Source of the DNA: Eledone cirrhosa
Lineage: Eukaryota
Assembly: GCA_964016885.1 (NCBI GenBank)
Contig: OZ024753.1
Coordinates: 372,001 to 436,000 of the forward strand
Direction of reading: 5' to 3'
DNA: 64,000 nt
Shown: positions 12,730 through 26,472 of the stretch, one piece after another
Numbering within the stretch: position 1 is the first letter of the stretch
Layout: every line of letters begins with the position of its first letter
Position numbers and translations under genes: made by a program
The notes under the pieces: model-generated
Told to the model about the DNA's origin: nothing
What the model saw: the letters and a program-made list of their open reading frames with translations, nothing else
Database searches by the model: none

Positions 12730-13005
12730 TTCTTTCCTGAGACATTCTAACCACATGCCCACAGTATCGGAGCTGTGATCTCTCAACTCGGACAAATTGC
12801 GGCTCTAACTGCAGTGACTCTCTGATCTCCAAGCTACGTACTCTATCGAGTAACGTTACTCCAAAGACCTTTCGGAAGAATCCCATTTTCGTCACTTGTA
12901 TTCGGTATCGTATTCTTTCGGTCATTACCTAAGATTCATGACCATAGGTAAGGATTGGCATGAAAACCGAAACCGAATTGAAGACAGCGAGTTTGGCTTT
13001 TACGC
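12730..13005 (-). mobile_element. RTE-clade LINE fragment (C-terminal of RT)
   Basis: MPILTYGHES*VMTERIRYRIQVTKMGFFRKVFGVTLLDRVRSLEIRESLQLEP...ERSQLRYCGHVVRM. Confidence 0.85.
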
Positions 13006-14362
13006 CTAATTACTGAATGTTGCAGGACCCACTGGGGGGAGTGTTTGAGGACTCTGCCCCCACGACCCTCTCACGAATAATTGGACGAAGAAGAAAAAGA
13101 AGACGAAGAAAAAGAAGAAAAAAAGAAAAAGAAAAAAAAGAAGAAAAGAAAAAGAAAAAGAAAAAGAAAAAGAAAAAGAAAAAGAAGAAGAAGATATACG
13201 AACTATGTTATATTTTTCTGTCATTTTGAAACAGAACGTTGCTTTTTCACGCTACACCTAATTAGAGGTTATGGCCACAGTTTAGGAATCACCAATATAG
13301 ACTGTAGTGATGTAAAAATTGTCATGTTTTAAACAGAAATATAACTAATATTACCAGTATTCCACGAAACTATTTTTGCATAGTTGGGAAACAACATGAG
13401 GGCTGTGAGTAATTTTCAGCATCCCCACCCAGAAGCATTTGCTGCTGTTGCGAAAAACCAACTGTTCTTGGAGTGATTATTAAAAACTATGACATATGTT
13501 CACACGTATGTGTGTGCGTGTGTATATGTGTTTGGTTATGTATGTGTATATGTAAGTCTATTTGAATATATGAATGCTTGTGTATATGTATGTATGTGCG
13601 TGTATGTGTGTGTATGTGTGTGTGAGTGTATGTGTGTGTGAGTGTGTGTGAGTATCAATGTTTGTATATATATATATATATATATATATATGAATGTGTG
13701 TATGTATATATGTGTGTGTGTGTATATATATGTATGTATATGTATCTATGTATGAATGTATATATGTATTATTGAATGTGGATATGTATGAATGTATATA
13801 CGTATGTGTGCATGTATGAATGTATGTTTGCATTTGTATATCTATGAATGTTTGTATGTTTTTATATGTGTATATATGTATGAAATTATCAATGTATGTG
13901 TGTGTGTATGTAGATATGTATGAAAGTATCAATGTATGTATGTATGTGTCTCTTTTCCCCAGATATACGATATTCTTGTTAAAATATCAACAGACATAAA
14001 AATAGACACATGTAAATATGTAGCACTTATTAAAACCATAAAACAAGACTAGACGAGAACAAAAATATACACAAATATATCTGAGTGCATATTGAGTTCA
14101 TTATTTCCTTTTGGCTCTCACAGCGAAGGTAATATTGCAACACCCCACGCACAGACACATACAGAGAGAGAGGGGGAGAGGAGGAGAGAGGAGGTGGGGG
14201 GGTGGGGGACACAAACACACACAGGCACACACAAACGCACACATACACACACACACACGCTCACAGACATACACACACTCACATACACACACTCACATAC
14301 ACAGACACATGCACACAGAAACTTTTCCTTACTTCATCAGACTGTGGTCATGCTGGGGCACC

Positions 14363-14815
14363 GACTTTTCCAAATCCTTTGACACTGACAATCGCAAATT
14401 TCTCTGGAAAAAACAGAAAAGGCTGGGCATACCTGACAATATGCTGAATATCATCAGATCTTTTCATGAGGGCATAAAAGCATCAATTATGTCAAATAGC
14501 GCATGCTCTGAATCTTTTGGTGTCACAAATGGTACGAAACATAGTTGTATCATGGCTCCTGTTACTCTTACTTTATTCTTCTCTGTAATGCTCTAGTATA
14601 CAATTGGCGACTTAAACATCGGTGTCAGATTTAAATTCTGTACATCAGGTTGACTATTCAACCATCAGTGCTTTAAGGCTAAAACACTTACACGAACAAG
14701 TGTTTTTCCTGATTTACAGTTTGGTGATGATGATGCACTTGTAGCATCACCCTTCCCAACACCCCCTACCCCACCCCTCGAGTAGAGGCACAAGAACTGA
14801 TGAACCGCTTCTCGC
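14363..14815 (+). mobile_element. RTE (BovB-like) LINE RT fragment
   Basis: DFSKSFDT..RKFLWK...LGIPDNMLNIIRSFHEG...FGVTNGTKHSCIMAP..LFFSVML ... DLQFGDDDALVA, i.e. decayed RT motifs. Confidence 0.85.
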
Positions 14816-15332
14816 AATTACAAACTTTTTTTTTTTCAATTTTTCAATTTTTCAATTTTTCAATTTTGAAGATATAAGCGGTATTAGCGACATTTCAGTT
14901 GATATTTGGTAAGGAATTTCCAAATATCAACTGGTTAAAATGATTTATTTCTCACAAAGATTTGTCATATTCTGAAAGCTGACAACACCGAAGAACCCCA
15001 CCGCCCCAACGCAAAAATTAATCATTATCAGTAAATCTTGCTTTCGTCTATTTTACATGTATGATACTGAAGACATTTTTGCATGTAGTATATTACGTGC
15101 TCAGTGTACGACAATGATTATCAATATTTCGATGTGTTTACTTACGAATATTTCGTTTATATATTGCCCTGCTGCGCTATGATGAGGCACATTCTATTCA
15201 TGATTATCATCTTTTTAGTTATGTATAGGACCACATTATCCAACATATCTTTTGTTTACTCAATAGTGTAATATATGAAATCAATCAGAAACGTAAAAGT
15301 CAGTTACGATTCATCTCTCTCTCTCTCTCTCT

Positions 15333-15371
<39 letters not shown>

Positions 15372-15377
15372 CAAATA

Positions 15378-15655
15378 CAGTGTAAAACCTAACTAATAAT
15401 TGGGTTCGTGGAAACCACGGCATATTCGCGGAAGCGTAAGTATTTTCCGCGATTTTTTAATGGCTTTTTTCGTGGCAATATATATATTTCACGCTTTTTA
15501 ACGTTAAATTATTAATAACAATATACCGTATTTGCCGGCATATATTTTACGTTGTTTTGACGTTTAAAGGCATTTTTATGGGCCACGTCCAATATTCGCA
15601 GTTTTTCGCGGGTGCTCTAGGAACGTAACCCCCGTGAACACCGGGGGACAACTGT
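15378..15655. mobile_element. Tigger/pogo-like MITE
   Basis: TA-CAGT...ACTG-TA ends; partial second copy at ~9950-10143. Confidence 0.6.
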
Positions 15656-16099
15656 ATATTGTACCGTTTATTCAATATTGTACATTAATATCTATATACT
15701 GTACACTTATCTGTGTATTGAATGGACAGTTTTTTCTTTGTTTAAAACAATGAAATAGACATTATCTTTAGGCAATTTTGAAAGTTTCTTAATGTTTTAA
15801 TTATAAACATTTGTTATTTGTTCTCTGAGGAAGTAATTAGAGGAAAGCTGCATAGCTCTTGACCTTTGTACTTGAGGACAATAACAGCTCTGTTTAGGGA
15901 GGTATTCACGAGGACATTCCACAAATTGTCTATATTTTTATAAAAGTATATACACTCTAATGATGATTTTTTTAAAATGTTTGTTTATTTTCTCCTTCCT
16001 ACGTATTGCATTGTGTAGTGTCTCTTCTGTAATAACGTGTCACATCTTGCTGACATTTTCGAGCAGCTATAAATTCTGTTTTTCGAGCAGCCATAATGA

Positions 16100-16210
16100 C
16101 TTTAGCTAGTCTCAGGTTGCACATAACTAGATGGCGATCAGTTGACAGCTCGGCTCCTCTCTTAACACGAACATCCAGCACAGAATCGAAAAGATCTGAG
16201 ACAATAAGAA
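16100..16210 (-). mobile_element. RTE LINE APE-domain fragment
   Basis: SVLDVRVKRGAELSTDRHLVMCNLRL resembles the (S/T)DH end of the APE endonuclease. Confidence 0.75.
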
Positions 16211-16683
16211 AACCTAATTATTGATCTCTATTCAACAGGATAAAGTGGGAAGCGGATAAGGAAGTCAGGACCAGGTATATGGATGCTATTGCATCCAAAT
16301 TCAGAAAACTCTGAAGATGTTGAAAGGGATTAGAGACGGTTTATCTAAAATTGTAAAGATAATTTATGGACACCCTGTATCTTGTCCCATTTAAGTATTT
16401 TAACTGGTGTTTTATCCTCCCTATTTCTCTGATATTTGATGAACGAACATTAAATGGAAAAAATGAGCCGACAATCCGATTTCCATTCTAAGTTGATTCC
16501 GTTCATTCAACATAGTAAATGTTTTTTCTGGAATGCGACATTAATATTCTTATATATATATATTAGCTGTATATAATACATATATAAAGTAGCTATACAT
16601 GATACACATATAAAGTAGCTATACATGATACATATATAAAGTAGCTATACATGATACATATATAAATATAAAGTACCTATATG

Positions 16684-16715
<32 letters not shown>

Positions 16716-18341
16716 GAGTGTGCGTGTGCGTGTGTGTGTGAAGTAACTATATATGATACATATATAAAAACCTAAACTATACATTCAGAAAACTATATAA
16801 ACATTTATTGAAATGGAATCCAGTGATACGGAACTTTAAAAGAAATACTTTGCTTCTATTTTTGATTATTTTTATGAATCATTTTGAGCTACATTTTAAA
16901 ACTGGATTTCCTTACTTTTGACGATTCCTAAATTTGTTTTGAATTTCCACTCGTTCAAGTAAGATGATAATTTATCGTCGTACATTGAAGCTCTCTAATG
17001 TGATAAAATCAAATTAAACCTGCTGAAAGACCGCGCATAACTGACAATAGAAATTGCAACAGTGAGAAATATCTGAATAGCTCCCATCAAATTTGAATAT
17101 ATATATATATATATATATATAAAGACTTCTTCACTTCTATAATGAACAAGAATGGATGGGTATGTATGTATGTGTGTGTGTGTGTGTGTGCATGTATGAT
17201 TGTACGTACGAACGTACATGTCTGTCTGTATATATGTATGCACGTATGTATCTATGTATGTATGCATGTAGGTACATATGTATGTATGTATGTATGTATG
17301 TATGTCGGTATGTATGGCGGTAAAGCGATCTATTGCGCTTAATCCACGCATGAAACACCTCTGCATGTCGTCTCCTGGTGGACCACCAACAAAATGGCTG
17401 CTAGGCGGGCAGGCGACATAGCAAGTCGTAAAAACTGAAAGGAAATCGGACTAACAGACGATAATTAGACAGACAGACAGGCAAGCTGTGTATGGCGTAT
17501 AATGATCATGTGAAGAACATACATTTTGAAATGTTAAAATGCTGATCTAATCATCTTGAAACCCGTAGACAAGCAATAATAATGAATAATGTAAAATGTG
17601 AAGTGTGGTAGGTCCTGACATTCAGTATACTGTATGTGTGTGTATGTAAGTACTTGTCCACATTTGTATGTATACGTGTGTGTGTGTATGAGTGTGTGTG
17701 TATGAGTGTGTGTATATGTGTGCATGTATGTATGGGTGTGTGTGTGTGATCGTGTATGTGTGCGCATGTATGTATGAGTGCGTGTGTGTGTGTATGTGTG
17801 TTTGAGGAAAGACCCCTCTTATTCTTATAGTATATATGTATGTGAGTATGTATGTGTATGTGAGTATGTATGTGTATGTGAGTGTGTATATGTTCGAGTG
17901 TGTATGCATATGAGTGTGTGAATGAATTTGTGTGTGCATGTACGTGTGTGAGTGCGTGCGTGTGCGTGCAGAAAGACCTCCCTTATTCTTATAATATATA
18001 TGTATGTGTGTGTCTATGTGTATGTATGTGTATTTGTGTGTGTTTGAGGAAAGACCTCCCTTATTCTTATAATATATAACAGGAACAACAGGAGGGAAAG
18101 TTGAAGAGACTGCAAAGCATCAACTTGCAGTGATGCACATCTTGTCAAAACAAAAACTACCAAGTAACCAACAGACGCACAAGTTTCTCTGAAGAACTTT
18201 GCCATTGCAGTGGAATTCATATTTTTTCTTTGCTTCTGTTACAGCTTCTCTTTACCCCCCCCCCCCTCTAATCCTCCATTTCCGCCGCCCCTTTTTTTAA
18301 TGTTTTAAAAATTCAATTATATTCATAAATTTATTGTTTCG

Positions 18342-18972
18342 GTCGATTGTCAGTAATCGGTAGAGCGTTGGACACCCTGCTTCGCGGCATAGAGTCACGG
18401 CCCTTTACGTTCTGAGTTCAAATTCCGACTAGGTTTTAGCGTTGTCTTTCATCCATATGAGGTTCAATAAAATAAAGTACCAGTAATGCACTGGAGGTTC
18501 GTTTCATCGACCTTTCCTGGCCTTGTGCCTATAGTAGAAATTATTATTTCAGTGGTAGACCATCGGACTCCCTGCTTCGCGGCATAGAGTTACGGCCCGT
18601 TACGTTCTGAGTTCAAATTCTGCCGAGTTTATAGCTTTGCCTTTCATCCATACGAGGTCGATAAAATGAAATATCAGTAATGCACTAGGGTCGATTTAAT
18701 CGACTTTCCTGTTCCCCCAAATTGCTGGCCTTGTGCATATAGTAGAAATCCTTATTTCAGTGGATCGGCAGAGCGTCGGACTCCTTGCTTCGCGGCACAG
18801 AGTTACAACCCTTTACATTCTGAGTTCAAATTCCGCCGAGGTTATAGCTTTGCCTTTCATCCATATGAGGTTCGATGAAACAAGGTACCAGTCGCGCACT
18901 GGGGTCCATTTAATCGACTTTTCCCCCCTCCATAAAAATTGCTGGCCTTGTGTCTAAAATCAGAAACCATTA
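18342..18972 (+). mobile_element. Three head-to-tail SINE copies
   Basis: Three consecutive ~200-bp consensus matches joined by TTATTTCAGTGG. Confidence 0.9.
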
Positions 18973-21494
18973 TTCTACATTTCTGTCTAATACCCTACTT
19001 TATTTTGTCTCCTTTCGGTCTGTTATAGTTTCATGTAATAAAATACTAGAATACTACATCTTTGTTCAACAAATCCTTTCCTTGACTTTGAATTACTCAT
19101 TAAACGTTGCCCTGCCCTGTCTGTCGTAGCAAAGCAGTATCACTTTCTATGTGAGTTCATGTCACATCATTCCTATATTTTTTCACTTTCTATATTTTGC
19201 ATCATATATTAGGTTGTTTTTGTGTTGTTTTGTTTCAAGTTTCTTTTACAGATTAAACAACGAAATTCTGCTACTTGTTGCCTTTCCACGACATGTGAGA
19301 TATCTAGATGAAGGTTGTGGTGTATGTGTGTATAAGTGGGGGGGGGGGGGGGGATTAGTTTAGAGTCTCGTCGAGTATTTTGAATTAGTTCCTGTAGGAG
19401 CCCACCCTCCCCATTTACTCATAATAGTGAGAGATGGGGAGAGCGGGAGAGGCGGAGGCAGTGACAGTGGGAGTTTGATTTTTTTGTGTGTGTTTGGACC
19501 TGGTACATGTGTATGTTTCACGGACACACAGAATAGTGGGGTAGGGGGGTAAGACGCATTATTGTACCAGCAAACTAATATCACAACCACAGAATTGTCT
19601 ATAAGTTGCCTTTAATTACATTCTAGTTAAAGTAATTAGTTAATGAATTTACTGACTGTTGCAGAAGAAGGAATTTGAAGATGGGGATCTTTACATCAAT
19701 TCAAGCTTCATAAACCTCTTTAAGCTCTACTCGAGAAAGAAAATGTTTCTAACTCCAGGTCATTCTTCATAGAGCAGATCTATAACCAAAGGCATTAGAG
19801 CTGCGTCCTTACATTTTACTTATAATAACACTTGCATGAGGTGGGAGGAGGCTTCTTTTTTGAAGACCTTCTGCTGTCCAGCTCTCTCGAGTGTTTCTTA
19901 ATACTAACATCTTCAACATCTGTTTTTGACTAACAAGTTGGGCATATAAGTCCCTGGAGACAGGCGCAGTACATTTTTTTCTGTTTCCAGGCCCTTATAT
20001 GCCCAAGCTGTAAAGCTATTTTTCATAGTCAAAGCATTACAATTAGAAATAAAGGTGTTACAACCGAGATAACACAAGAGCAGATAGAAGGAGTTGTGCG
20101 GGATAATAAGACGAGACAGGAGTATTGAAGACTTTCGTCTGAAAACTATACACGAGAAGGAGTATAAGAAAAAGAGGTGCTCCTCTGGTAGCGACTGAAG
20201 TTCATAAGATAGGAAGGAAGAAAAGGGTGACAGTTATGGAGATAGAGGAAGAATTATGGGATGGAAGTGATGGAGAAAGAGACAGGAAAAAGAAGAGAGA
20301 AAGGGAGAAAATATAAGTGAGGTAGAGGATCCATGACGAGCTCAGGCGCTTTCGGATAGTCAGGGCATATGAGAGAGGGGGATTCAGCCGGTAATTTGTT
20401 CCAGGGGCCCAAGAGCTAAGAATGTCCCACAGCAACCATGCAACATCCATTTTGAGAACAATCTTTGCCTGCTTCGGACCCCAAAGGGGTCTTGTACCGC
20501 CTTGCAAAACTTTTATTGTAGGCCTTGTCGATCCTCTACCTCACAAATATACCCACTCTGCATCATACCATGTATTGAGTACTACTCTGATTTGTGGTTT
20601 TCAAGCTATCCCCACCGGAGACACTCAATATATATATACGTATGTTTTATGTATTTATATGTGAGTAATTTAAGTGTGTATGTATGCATATGTGTGTATG
20701 TATGTACCTATATGTAAACGGAAGTATATAAAAAAAATATATCTTTCAATCATATAAACGTTTCCGTTTACTTAAGAAAAAGAAAACATAAGCACAGTTT
20801 AAACATACCACAATAATATATATGGAAATATAACACCAGTCTTATTAGATTGAACCTATGTAGAATGTGAATAGCAGGCAACGTGAGAAAGACTTTTTTG
20901 TTCAACACTACGACAGAACTTTTCGGTGATAACACTCAGAAAGGTTCTACTATTGTTTCCTTTGAGCGTTTTAAAGTTCTTTTAAACGATGTATACTACT
21001 TCACAATTGCTCAGTTCATGGCTTATGAACTGTCCGGATGTCGTCTGTAATTACCTATTTTTTTAATTTATTTTATCCGCAGGCATTTTGTATTGTTTTT
21101 CTTCCATCTTCGTCTCGTTACTTATAATAAAAAGATGAGGTTGAAGTGAAAGAAAGGAGATAAGAAGCAAGAAACAGTTTTTTTCTTTTCTTTTCTTTTC
21201 TTTATATCTTTGTTTCTCTACCAGTCTGTCTCGTAGTCTATATGACGACCGACCGTCTGTTGCTCTCATTTCCTTTAAATCTTTACAACTCTATACAGCG
21301 CCGGTCCTCCCACCTCACTGCCATATTGTTGGTGGTCCAACAGCAGACGACACGCAGAGGTATACAGTATACCATGCCCGGATTTCATAGCAACAGGTTT
21401 CTTTACCGCCTCATTTTACTACGACTTTGTTCTTCTATCAGTCTTTCAGTCTTTTTTTCTTCATTTTTGTTTTTCTGATTTCTTCCTAACACAA

Positions 21495-21590
21495 ACACTC
21501 ACTCACACATGTACACACACACGCGGCGCGGGTGCATGTGCATATATATGTATGCTACATGATTATATATATGTATATAAACACACACAC

Positions 21591-21646
<56 letters not shown>

Positions 21647-21741
21647 GTGTGTGTGTATATATACATATATATAATCATGTAGCATACATATATATGCACA
21701 TGCACCCGCGCCGCGTGTGTGTGTACATGTGTGAGTGAGTG

Positions 21742-21742
<1 letters not shown>
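21495..21742. repeat. Near-perfect palindrome centred on (TA)n
   Basis: The ~95-bp flanks of the central TA run are reverse complements with one mismatch seen. Confidence 0.9.
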
Positions 21743-21792
<50 letters not shown>

Positions 21793-21844
21793 ATGCATGC
21801 ATATATGTATGTATATATGTATATATGTATGCATATATGTATGG

Positions 21845-21885
<41 letters not shown>

Positions 21886-21916
21886 CATGTGTGAGTGTGC
21901 GGGGGAGGTGTCTGTT

Positions 21917-21983
<67 letters not shown>

Positions 21984-22849
21984 ATGACCTATAATATTAA
22001 ATAAATGGAAACTATATTTATATATATATATGCATATATATTGACCTAAAACACAGTCGTGTATTCTATATACACACGCATGCAAACACACACACGCACA
22101 CATCCACTTTATTCTTACTCCTAACATCAAATTTGATTAGGCTCCCCCCTCCCAAACCCCCATAGAAATACGCCCCATTTACTCTTCAGCATTAACTCCC
22201 TACACCCCTTCTTTCGCTACCTACCGCTCTTTCTATACAGACACTTTACCACAAAACTCCCGCTATTTCAACCTTACAACAATAACATACATGTGCACTC
22301 TCCTTCTTTTCTTCCCTTTTCTTTCTTTTTCTTCTTCCTCTTCTCCTTTCTCCACTTCTTTCGTTTTCTTCTCCTTCTTCGTCTTCTTCTTCATCAACTC
22401 CTCCAATCTTCTTAATACCCATTTTAACTCTCAAAGGTCTGGCCTTGAGAATAAAATAAACGTGTGGGAGTACGTCAGACGACCCAATTTTTGTCAATCA
22501 AATACCATGCATTTTTTCGTTTGTATTACGCGAAGGAATACAGTCTGTGACTATGAAAGTGTGAGAGACAGAGAGGGGAGAAAGGCGGGATGTATATATA
22601 TATATATACATATATATATAAAAAACATGAGAAGAAATACATATATGTATATATATATGTATATATATATATATATGTTTATATATATATGTATATATAT
22701 ATGTATATATATATATATGTATATATATATATGTTTATATATATATGTATATATATATGTATATATATATATATATGTATATATATGTATATATATATAT
22801 GTATGTATATGTATGTGTATATATATGTGTGTATATATATATATATGTG

Positions 22850-22880
<31 letters not shown>

Positions 22881-23014
22881 GTGTGTATATATATATGTGT
22901 ATATATATATATGTATATATATATGTATATAGATATATGTATATATATATATATATATATGTGTATATAAATGTATATATATATATATGTATATATATAT
23001 GTATATATCTATCT

Positions 23015-23862
23015 ATCTAAGGCGGGTAAAATTCCCGAGATCCATGAACGAGTTCTCTCCAGCGGTCTCTGTCTCCCTCATTATCGCTGCCATGTCCTGC
23101 ATCTCCAACAGACCACTGTCTGTCCTTAGGGCATCAACATACGTTAACCTTGGTCTTCCTCTTCTAGTGTCTCCATGTAGGGGCTCCCAAAGGAGTACTG
23201 AGTGCAATGTCAACTCTGGATGTCGGTGAGCATGTCCAGCTAACCTCAGTCTCCTCTGTGTCACTTTTGAGCTGACTTTTGGGATGCTCCCATACAGCTC
23301 TGAGTTTTTCATCCTCAGTGTATACTGATTAATGTTCAGAGCCATCCTCAGCATTCTCGTGTAGCACCCATCCACCATCTGAGTGAGTTTCCTGGTCAGT
23401 GTCCAAGTCTCAGACCCATACAGCAGCACAGACTCCACTACAGCAATGAAGAGGCGGATTTTCAGGTCTCTACGAAGGTCCGACTTCCACACCGATCTCA
23501 AGCTGTGGCACTGGGACGATGTTACTGATCCTCCACTGATTCGGGGCAACTCCTTTCTCCAGTCCCCCGTTACAGAACCCCAGGATGATATCATCAAAAT
23601 CACACCTCTTCATCACCTCTGATGCCACTCCATCTTCTCCATGAGCCTTGCCCTCCTTGATCCTCTTCTTGGCTCTCTGAAGCTTCTCTCTGGTGAAGGG
23701 CTCTGTCTCAACATCCAGTTCCTCAAACAGCCGCCTGATCTCCCCAGTGCTCTGGGTTGTGGAGGGTGGCTCTCCTAGTAGGGTCCTAAAATGGTCTAGC
23801 CATTTCCTCTTCCTATCCTCGGGCCCCGTTCCCTGGATCTGACTCGAACACCTCTTCCTCCC
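23015..23862 (-). mobile_element. RTE/RTE-X LINE with the RT core deleted
   Basis: Pre-RT segment (WLDHFRTLL...[14 protein letters not shown]...[10 protein letters not shown]) is fused at ~23505 to the post-RT segment (KIRLFIAVVESVLLYGSETWTL...RRLRLAGH...GRPRLTY); TA arrays on both sides. Confidence 0.9.
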
Positions 23863-23870
23863 TATATATG

Positions 23871-23957
<87 letters not shown>

Positions 23958-23978
23958 ACACATATATATATATATACT

Positions 23979-24051
<73 letters not shown>

Positions 24052-24054
24052 GTA

Positions 24055-24097
<43 letters not shown>

Positions 24098-24305
24098 GTG
24101 AGGTTTTTTTTTACAAAATGAAAAATAACCGAGGTGTCCTACACGAGTGGAAGTATAAAGAAAAAGGGATGAAATCGAAAATGCAACTGAAGTCTTATTT
24201 TTTTTAAAAATATATATATTTATTTGGTTCCTTTACCGGTTTCGCAGTTCTTCTGCTTTTCAAAAGGTGAGTTGAGATGGAGGGTCTGTGGTTTTTCTCA
24301 CATCT

Positions 24306-24388
<83 letters not shown>

Positions 24389-24399
24389 GTATATATATA

Positions 24400-24940
24400 T
24401 AAGTATGTACACGTACATATGCATATTATGCATATTAACGGCTGAGTAGCCCAATTTGCATATCGAGTGGGTTAATCGGCCGGGTGCACCGAAAGCGATA
24501 AACGGAAAAAAATGAAACGATATTTCATTTCCTACCCTTAGTACGGCTGTTACTTAAATATAAGTATGTACACGTACATACATATATGTATACAGACGTA
24601 CAGTAGTATGTATATATATATACATACATTCACACATATATATATGCACGTATGAATTCACCGAACATTTATTATAATGCTCGGTGTGTTTGTAAACAAA
24701 CATCCTGTATTAAGCCGTAGTGTCTAGCAACCACCGTTGCTCGTTTGTTCAACACTGACAAAGGAACGCTGTACTAGTTTCAAGCTTATTAGCTATCGTC
24801 AGCAACGTATACCTTCCTGCCAGATTGTTGAACGTATATACTTACCTTATGCATATTAACGGCTGAGTAGCCCAATTTGCATATCGAGTGGGTTAATCGG
24901 CCGGGTGCACCGAAAAACGATAAAGGGAAAAAATGAAACT
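24400..24940 (-). mobile_element. HHR-bearing tandem element, family F (~420-nt monomer, ~1.2 copies)
   Basis: 24431-24525 is repeated at 24851-24940; one HHR per monomer; circularly permuted paralog at 46207-46665. Confidence 0.8.
24767..24807 (-). ncRNA. Minimal type I hammerhead ribozyme (family F)
   Basis: - strand: CGTTG-CTGACGA-T-AGCT(AATA)AGCT-T-GAAA-CTAG-TA-CAGCG. Confidence 0.85.
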
Positions 24941-25056
24941 AGGTGGGACAGTGTAATTATGGTTAAGTCAGGCCTTGCTTTGAAAATGTCCCTCTTCAGA
25001 TGCTGATGGTGGCAGTGGGGGGTTGTGGTGTTGGTGGTGGCGGTGTTGGTGGTCGG

Positions 25057-25792
25057 TGTCCTTAATTGTAAGTTGTAAGGACAAAATGAAAACACGCGCA
25101 CACATAGAACAAACAACCAACCAGTAACATGTAAATAAACAAATAAATAAATGAACATAAACACACACAGACACCCGGATGTGGCGCATGCGCAGACTGA
25201 ACACACAACACACACACAGAAACAAAATGGCGTAGGACAGAACAAAGGAGAGGCACAGAAACAAAGAAAGGAATCCCCAGTCACTGAAGAGGTCACAGAG
25301 TGTGTGACGAAAGAACTATCGTGTGTTGAAACCGATATTGTTATACTTTGGGAGGGTCATGTTGCCAATAAGAAACACACGCACCAGTTGCTTTCACTTC
25401 AATTTATTATAATAAATTTATAATAAATTTATAAATTTATAAATTTCTGGTTGGTTGGTTGGTTCCACAACCAGATAGTTGTTTATATATTGTCATAGTT
25501 CTTTCGTCACACACTCTGTGACCTCTTCAGTGACTGGGGATTCCTTTCTTTGTTTCTGTGCCTCTCCTTTGTTCTGTCCTACGCCATTTTGTTTCTGTGT
25601 GTGTGTTGTGTGCTCAGTCTGCGCATGCGCCACATCCGGGTGTCTGTGTGTGTTTATGTTCATTTATTTATTTGTTTATTTACATGTTACTGGTTGGTTG
25701 TTTGTTCTATGTGTGTGTGTGTTTTCATTTTTTCCTTACAACTTACAATTAAGGACAAAATGAAAACACACACACACATAGAACAAACAACC
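25057..25792. mobile_element. Inverted pair of ~260-bp pLTR-like units with HHR (family J)
   Basis: 25057-25319 and 25495-25757 are reverse complements; each carries a CTGAAGA...GAAA motif. Confidence 0.8.
25492..25534 (-). ncRNA. Minimal type I hammerhead ribozyme (family J)
   Basis: - strand: GTCA-CTGAAGA-G-GTCACA(GAGTG)TGTGAC-GAAA-GAAC-TA-TGAC. The + strand copy at 25280-25319 lacks the 3' stem I strand. Confidence 0.8.
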
Positions 25793-26472
25793 TGCCCCGG
25801 CAGGGATCCTTCCAAGAGGACGTGTCCAAGATGCGCGCAGGACATTGAAACAGTCCTGCACGCAATTGTACACTGCCCGGGCGTAACCGACATGTGGAAC
25901 TATGCAGAACAACTGCTGTCGCGCATGGGACAAATCCAGTTGACTGCCAAGTCCATAGTAAGGATCAAACCGCCAGCCTCTTTCAAAAACCAAAGAGAGG
26001 CGGTTTTCCTCTGTACGGTGGCTATGGTGAAAGAAGTTATATGGTGGACGAGGTTGAGAGGACTGAAGACAGATGCCTTTCTCTCCGGACAACAATTGAT
26101 TCCCTTCTTTAAGTATCACTTTAGAAGGAGAATCAGGGTGGAGAGAGAGGCACTGCACCCCAGTAAATTTACTGAAAGGTGGGTGAATGAAGCGAAAATG
26201 GCCCGAGTGATTGGGCCTTCTCTGTTTATAAGCCTGTAGGTTGAGGAAGAGAGCAAAAGGAAGAAAGGAGCACTTGCACAACACGCTCCTGGAGTTGGGG
26301 GTTGTTCTATCGACGGGGTATTAAACAACCCATTTGTGGCGCCTCCCCCCTATTGGGGATTTCGATTGTTGTAATTGTTTGTTTTTTATATTTTTTACCC
26401 GACTATGTAAAATCCCCGGCATGTCTTTGTATTGCCCCCTTTTCTTGTGCGCCCTTGTGGCTAATAAAGAAA
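25792..26472 (+). mobile_element. 3' end of Tx1/L1-clade LINE (CCHC zinc finger, stop at 26239, 3' UTR)
   Basis: TCPRCAQDIETVLHAIVHCP...W...KEVIWWTR; the UTR ends AATAAAGAAA followed by (TCTA)n. Further 3' fragments at 26500-26751, 27305-27385(-), 29355-29550, 29598-30093, 30122-30481(-), 33793-34049(-), 37104-37445(-) and 57885-57987(-). Confidence 0.85.

Noticed and set aside
15820-15865. CTGAGGA...GAAAGCTGCATAGCTC
   Set aside because: Stem III is plausible but stems I and II are absent; likely chance.
24940-25005. CTGAAGA-GGGACA...TGTCCC on the - strand
   Set aside because: No GAAA after the stem; the region is cut by a junction.
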